A DNA stretch of 64,000 bases from Dipteris shenzhenensis (Eukaryota): the NCBI GenBank assembly GCA_047967505.1, contig CM106538.1; one strand, 5' to 3'. Positions 59,545 through 64,000 of the stretch are shown piece after piece. Within the stretch, counting starts at the first letter, position 1. Each line of letters starts with the position of its first letter. The notes under the pieces were generated by a model. The model was not told the origin of the DNA, made no database searches, and saw only the letters and a program-made list of their open reading frames with translations. A program made the translations under genes and the position numbers.

Positions 59545-62402
59545 ATGGCATCCTCTTCCATGTCTGAAAAGGAGTTTTTCAGCATTAAAAAGTTTGATGG
59601 GACAAACTTTTCTTTGTGGAAAGAAGAAATAAGGGATGTGCTTATTCAAAAGAAGCAGATTAAACCCTTGGCAGGTATTGAAGCTAAGCCTACGGATATG
59701 TTTGAGGATGATTGGAATGAGTTGGATGCATTAGCAAAGTCTACTATTAGACTTCATCTTGCAGAGTCAGTTTATTTCATAGTAGTAAATGAGCAGACTA
59801 CGAAAGATTTGTGGAAGAAACTGTGTGCCACTTATGAGAAGGAAACTGCCTCTAATAAAGTTTACCTCATGAAGAGGTTGTTTGAGCTGCAGATGAAGGA
59901 AGGGGTCTCCATTTCTTCTCACTTGAATGAATTCAATATTATTTTCAGCTAGCTTCAGGCTCAGAAAATGAATTTTGATGCGGAGACTAAGGCAATATTT
60001 CTCTTATGTTCATTGCCATCCTCATGGGATACCTTCCGTACAGCTATCAGTAACTCTGCACCTGGTGGAGTACTAAAATTTGATGATGTTGTGGGTAGCT
60101 TGTTGGCCGAGGAGATTAGACGGAAGTCTATGGATGGCAACAAGCAGGATGCAGCCTTAAATGTGCAAAGGGACAGATCACAGTTCAGGGGGAAGTCCCA
60201 AGAAAGAAGGAAGTCTCATAGCAAATCCAGGGCACGAAACATTGAGTGTTACCACTGTGGCAAGAAGGGCCATATGAAAAAGGATTGCTACAAGCTGAAA
60301 AGAGAGAAAAAGGATCAGAAAAAGAATGCAAATTGGGGTGCAAATAAAAAGGAAGAGAGTCCAAGGGAGGACAAAGGAAAAGTGAAGATCGAGGAGATCA
60401 ATGCAGCCACACATGATAGTGACAATGACGTTCTCTTCATGTCTGGTTTATCTGCAGAGTTGCTTACCACTTCAGATGATGCATATTCCCAGGATTGGAT
60501 TTTGGATTCTGGTGCTTCATTCCATGTTACTCCCCATAGGGAATGGTTCTCCACTTATCACAGTGGAAAGATAGGTTGTGTGCATCTTGGAAATGACTAT
60601 GCATGTGACATAGTGGGAGCAGGTGACATAAAGTTTTCTTTTGCAAATGGGTCTGCATTTGTTTTGAAACATGTGAGACATGTGCCTAAGCTGACCAAGA
60701 GTCTTATTTCAGTGGGTCAGCTAGATGATGCTGGTTTTCACACCACTTTTGGCTTTCAGAGTTGGAAAATTCAAAAGGGCTCTATGCTTTTGGCTAAGGG
60801 TGCCAAGTGTGGGACTTTGTATCCCTTACATGTATCAGGGGTATTTGATCATGTTGTTGTAATAACCGAGCAGCCAAGCACTTCTTTGTGGCATTGCAGG
60901 TTGGGGCACACGAGCCAGAATAGAATGAAACTCTTATGCCATTTGGGTTAGGTACTACATTTGAGTTTCTCTAATTTTGAATTTTGTGAGCACTGTCTCT
61001 ATGGGAAGCAGACTAAATCAGCCCATAAAAGAAGGGGAAAGAAAGAGTTTGAAAAGCTTGATTTGGTGCATTCAGACGTATGTGGTCCCATGCCTACACG
61101 GTCATTAGGCAGGGTTGAATACTATGTGACATTCATTGATGATGCAACTAGGAAAGTGTGGGCTTATGCTATAGCTCGAAAGAGTGATGTGTTCCAAGTA
61201 TTTCAAAAATCGCTAACCTTCGTTGAGAATCAGTCAGGTAGAACGCTTAAATGGCTACGGACTGACAATGCTGGAGAGTATCTCTCTCATGACTTTCAAC
61301 ATTTTTGTGATACACATGGGATTAAGAGGGAGCTCACATCCCCTCGTACTCCAAAGCAAAATCTAGTTGCAGAAAAGATGAACCGTACCATTCAAGAAAG
61401 GTTGCAATGCATGCTTTCCAATGCAAGTCTTTCTGGTGGTTTTTGGGCTGAGGCAATGAAACTGCAGTGCATGTGATCAATAGATCACCTAGTAAGAGTT
61501 TGGATGGTGGTATTCCTGAAGAGGCATGGAGTGGCAAGAAGCCCTCTTACTCTCATTTGCGTATATTTTGGTGTGAGGCATATGCACATGTGCCAAAAGA
61601 GCTTCGAAAGAAGCTAGATCCTAAGTCTAGGAAATGCATTTTTCTGGGTTATGGTGAAAGTGGAGAGATGGGATATCGTCTCTGGGATCCAGAAGCAAAG
61701 AAGATCATACGCAGCCATGATGTAGTCTTTAATGAGAAGAAGATGCATAAGGCACTCATGAGGGATGTGGAAATGAGGAGAATCACTTTCCAAGATGTGA
61801 ATCCACCTGCATATGTTGATAGACAGCAAGCTGTCCATGCACCAAATGTGCAAGAAATGGTACCACCAAGTACTCCCATAGGTATACAATCAAGGGTAGA
61901 TGATGGATCATCTATTGGTGGAAATGATGAGCCAAATGTGGTTGATATGCAAGTGGGACAACAAGCTGAAATGCCCTTGAGAAGATCATCTAGAGTGTCT
62001 AGACCACCTGATAGGTTTGTTCCAGGGGTAGACTATGTGATGCTTACTGATTGCGGGGAGCCTTCTTGCTACAGAGAGGCTATGATGCGTGAGGATCAAT
62101 GCAAGTGGGAGTATGCTATGCAATCAGAGTCTCTATGGTCTTAAGCAAGCACCTAGAGAATGGTATCAGAAGTTTGATGCTTTTATTCGGTCCCAGGGTT
62201 TTAGAAGGAGTGAAATTGATCACTGCCTCTACACTAAAAGGGCTAAGGATAATAGCCTGATAATCTTGGCACTATATGTGGATGATATGCTATTTGCTAG
62301 CAAGAATACTTATGAGCTAGATGCATTAAAGGCCAAGTTGCATGAGGCCTTCGATATGAAGGATTTGGAATTTGCAGGTCATATTCTTGGTATGTGCATC
62401 AC
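59545..62402 (+). pseudogene. Copia C gag-pol with stops and an internal RT deletion near 62128
   Basis: KFDGTNFSLW, CYHCGKKGHMKKDC, WILDSGASFH, FIDDATR, YVDDML. WEYAMQSE is joined directly to SLYGLKQAPR. Confidence 0.92.
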
Positions 62403-64000
62403 TGTTGGCTCTTTCCTACTGCTTTCGTAGGAAGAGCTGGGTTATTCTATGTTGCAGGGTTCCGAGGCTTTTTGTCACCTACAAATATATTGGGATTGTC
62501 GTTGTAATATATGTGTAGCTTAGGACCTCGAGTCATGTTCTAGTGAGAGACGTAGGCTTAAGTGTGGTAAGCAAACAAAGTGCAAGCATGTGTAAAAGGC
62601 ACGTAAACCATCGTTGTTGGGGTAATGAAGGCTTTCGCCTTCATTGGGGGTTGTAGGGTTTAGGAGGAGTTTAAGGGTTCAGAAGGAGGTTCCAGGGTTT
62701 AGAAAGAGTTCAAGGGTTCAGAAGGAGGATCCAGGGTTTAGAAAGAGTTCAGGGTTAGAAAGAGTTCCAGGGTTTAGAAGGAGGTTCCAAGGTTTAGAAG
62801 GAGGTTCCAAGGTTTAGAAGGAGTCCAGGGTTAGAAGGAGGATCTAAGGTTCAGAGTAAAGTACATGGTGGAGAACTCGTCTCCCTCGTAGATCATGGAG
62901 TTTAAGAGTTTAGGAAAGCATAGGAGTGGGAGAGGAAGAAGGTGTAAGAGCATGGGTGAAGGAAGAGAGAGAGGAGGAAGGAGGAGGAGGGAAGAGGAGG
63001 AGGGAGAGGGAGGAGAGAGGAGGAGGAGGAGGAGGGAGGAGGAGGAGGAGGAGGAGGAGGGAGGAGGAGGAGAAGGAGGAGGAGGGAAGAGGAGGAGAAG
63101 GAGGAAGGAGAAGGAGGGAGGAGGAGAGGGAGAGGGTGGGTTGCAGGGTTGGAGGAGAGGGGAGAAGGGTTGCAAGGTTAGGACATGCTTTTGGACGTGC
63201 AGTGCAAGGAAGCATGGACACTTGAGACAAATGCTTGGAATACCAATGTAGACTCAACACAATGCCCCAAGAGTGCGGGCTTCATTCCATTATGGGGTAT
63301 TTATATAAGTTGGAGAGCTTCTCTCTCTGCATGTAACACAAAGTCGTATCACAAAGTTGTAACACAAAGTTGTGTCACAAAGTCGTAACACAAAGTTGTG
63401 TCACAAAGTCGTAACACATTCTCTCTCTTCATGCAGAACTTGTAACACAAACTTGTAACACAAAGTTGTTACACAAAGTCGTAACATAAACTTGTAACAC
63501 AAACTTGTAACACAAAGTTGTTACACAAAGTCGTAACATAAAGTTGTGTCTAGAAGTTGTAACACAAAGTTGTAACACAAAATTGTATCACAAAGTTGTA
63601 ACACCTTCTCTTTCTTCATAAGTTCATGTTGGCACAGAGTCAACATACTCCCGGATCCATTTGATTGCCCATCCTCGGGTTATGGCTTATGGCGATCACG
63701 TACCTGGGTTGCCATGTTTTTAGTCCAGTGGCTGTGGAACTTGTGTCGTGCCAGTCGATCCTACTGTAGAGCCTTAGCACCATACAATTTTTGCGCGGTT
63801 TCCAGGTAGCCTGTATCTACCATTTGCTCGAACAGAGATATGTGGCGTGCCTCCAAGAAGATCACTCTTTGATAGAGTCGGCTGGTAATCTGAGCATCAA
63901 TCCGTTCATTGGGATTAAAGCTGAGTGGAGGCAAATGGGAATCAAGGTAACATGGGACCTCCAGAATTAATGCTAATGTTTTGCAGAATATGGCACTTTG
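62403..64000 (-). mobile_element. Gypsy copy 3 (3' LTR 62403-63645 plus end of extra ORF 2); continues beyond the window
   Basis: Reverse complement of 55715-57145. Confidence 0.95.

Larger units (their letters stand above)
57819..62402 (+). mobile_element. Copia family C (Tnt1/Tork-like), decayed, interrupted by Gypsy copy 3
   Basis: iMet PBS TGGTATCAGAGC at 58110-58121. Putative LTR ~57819-58107 with TATA and (CT)n; LTR start uncertain. Confidence 0.8.

Overview
Gene-free, repeat-saturated land-plant genomic DNA. The TE complement suggests a seed-free plant such as a fern, but that is inference only. The window is a stack of nested transposons. (1) Three copies of a ~16 kb Athila/Tat-like Gypsy family with extra 3' ORFs; the copy at 41222-57145 is complete, with a CCAAT target-site duplication (TSD). 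(2) Five Copia insertions, one young with an intact 1451-aa ORF (15588-20983). (3) A gag-protease-only Gypsy derivative (33455-37776) with tRNA-like primer sites at both inner LTR edges. (4) A decayed MULE transposase with GCM-like and SWIM domains. (5) LINE RT and archaeal-type RNase H fragments. The stand-out is a 7.3 kb element bounded by terminal inverted repeats (TIRs; 5523-12851) and inserted with no clear TSD. It carries two convergent spliced genes that the ORF track shows only in pieces: a divergent histone H3 (K9 replaced by Q, no K27 ARKS motif) spliced in frame to a Ulp1/C48 SUMO-protease domain, and a BAH-like + ubiquitin-like protein. It also has arrays of ~72-bp palindromic repeats. 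It is a candidate transposon-encoded chromatin/anti-silencing system.
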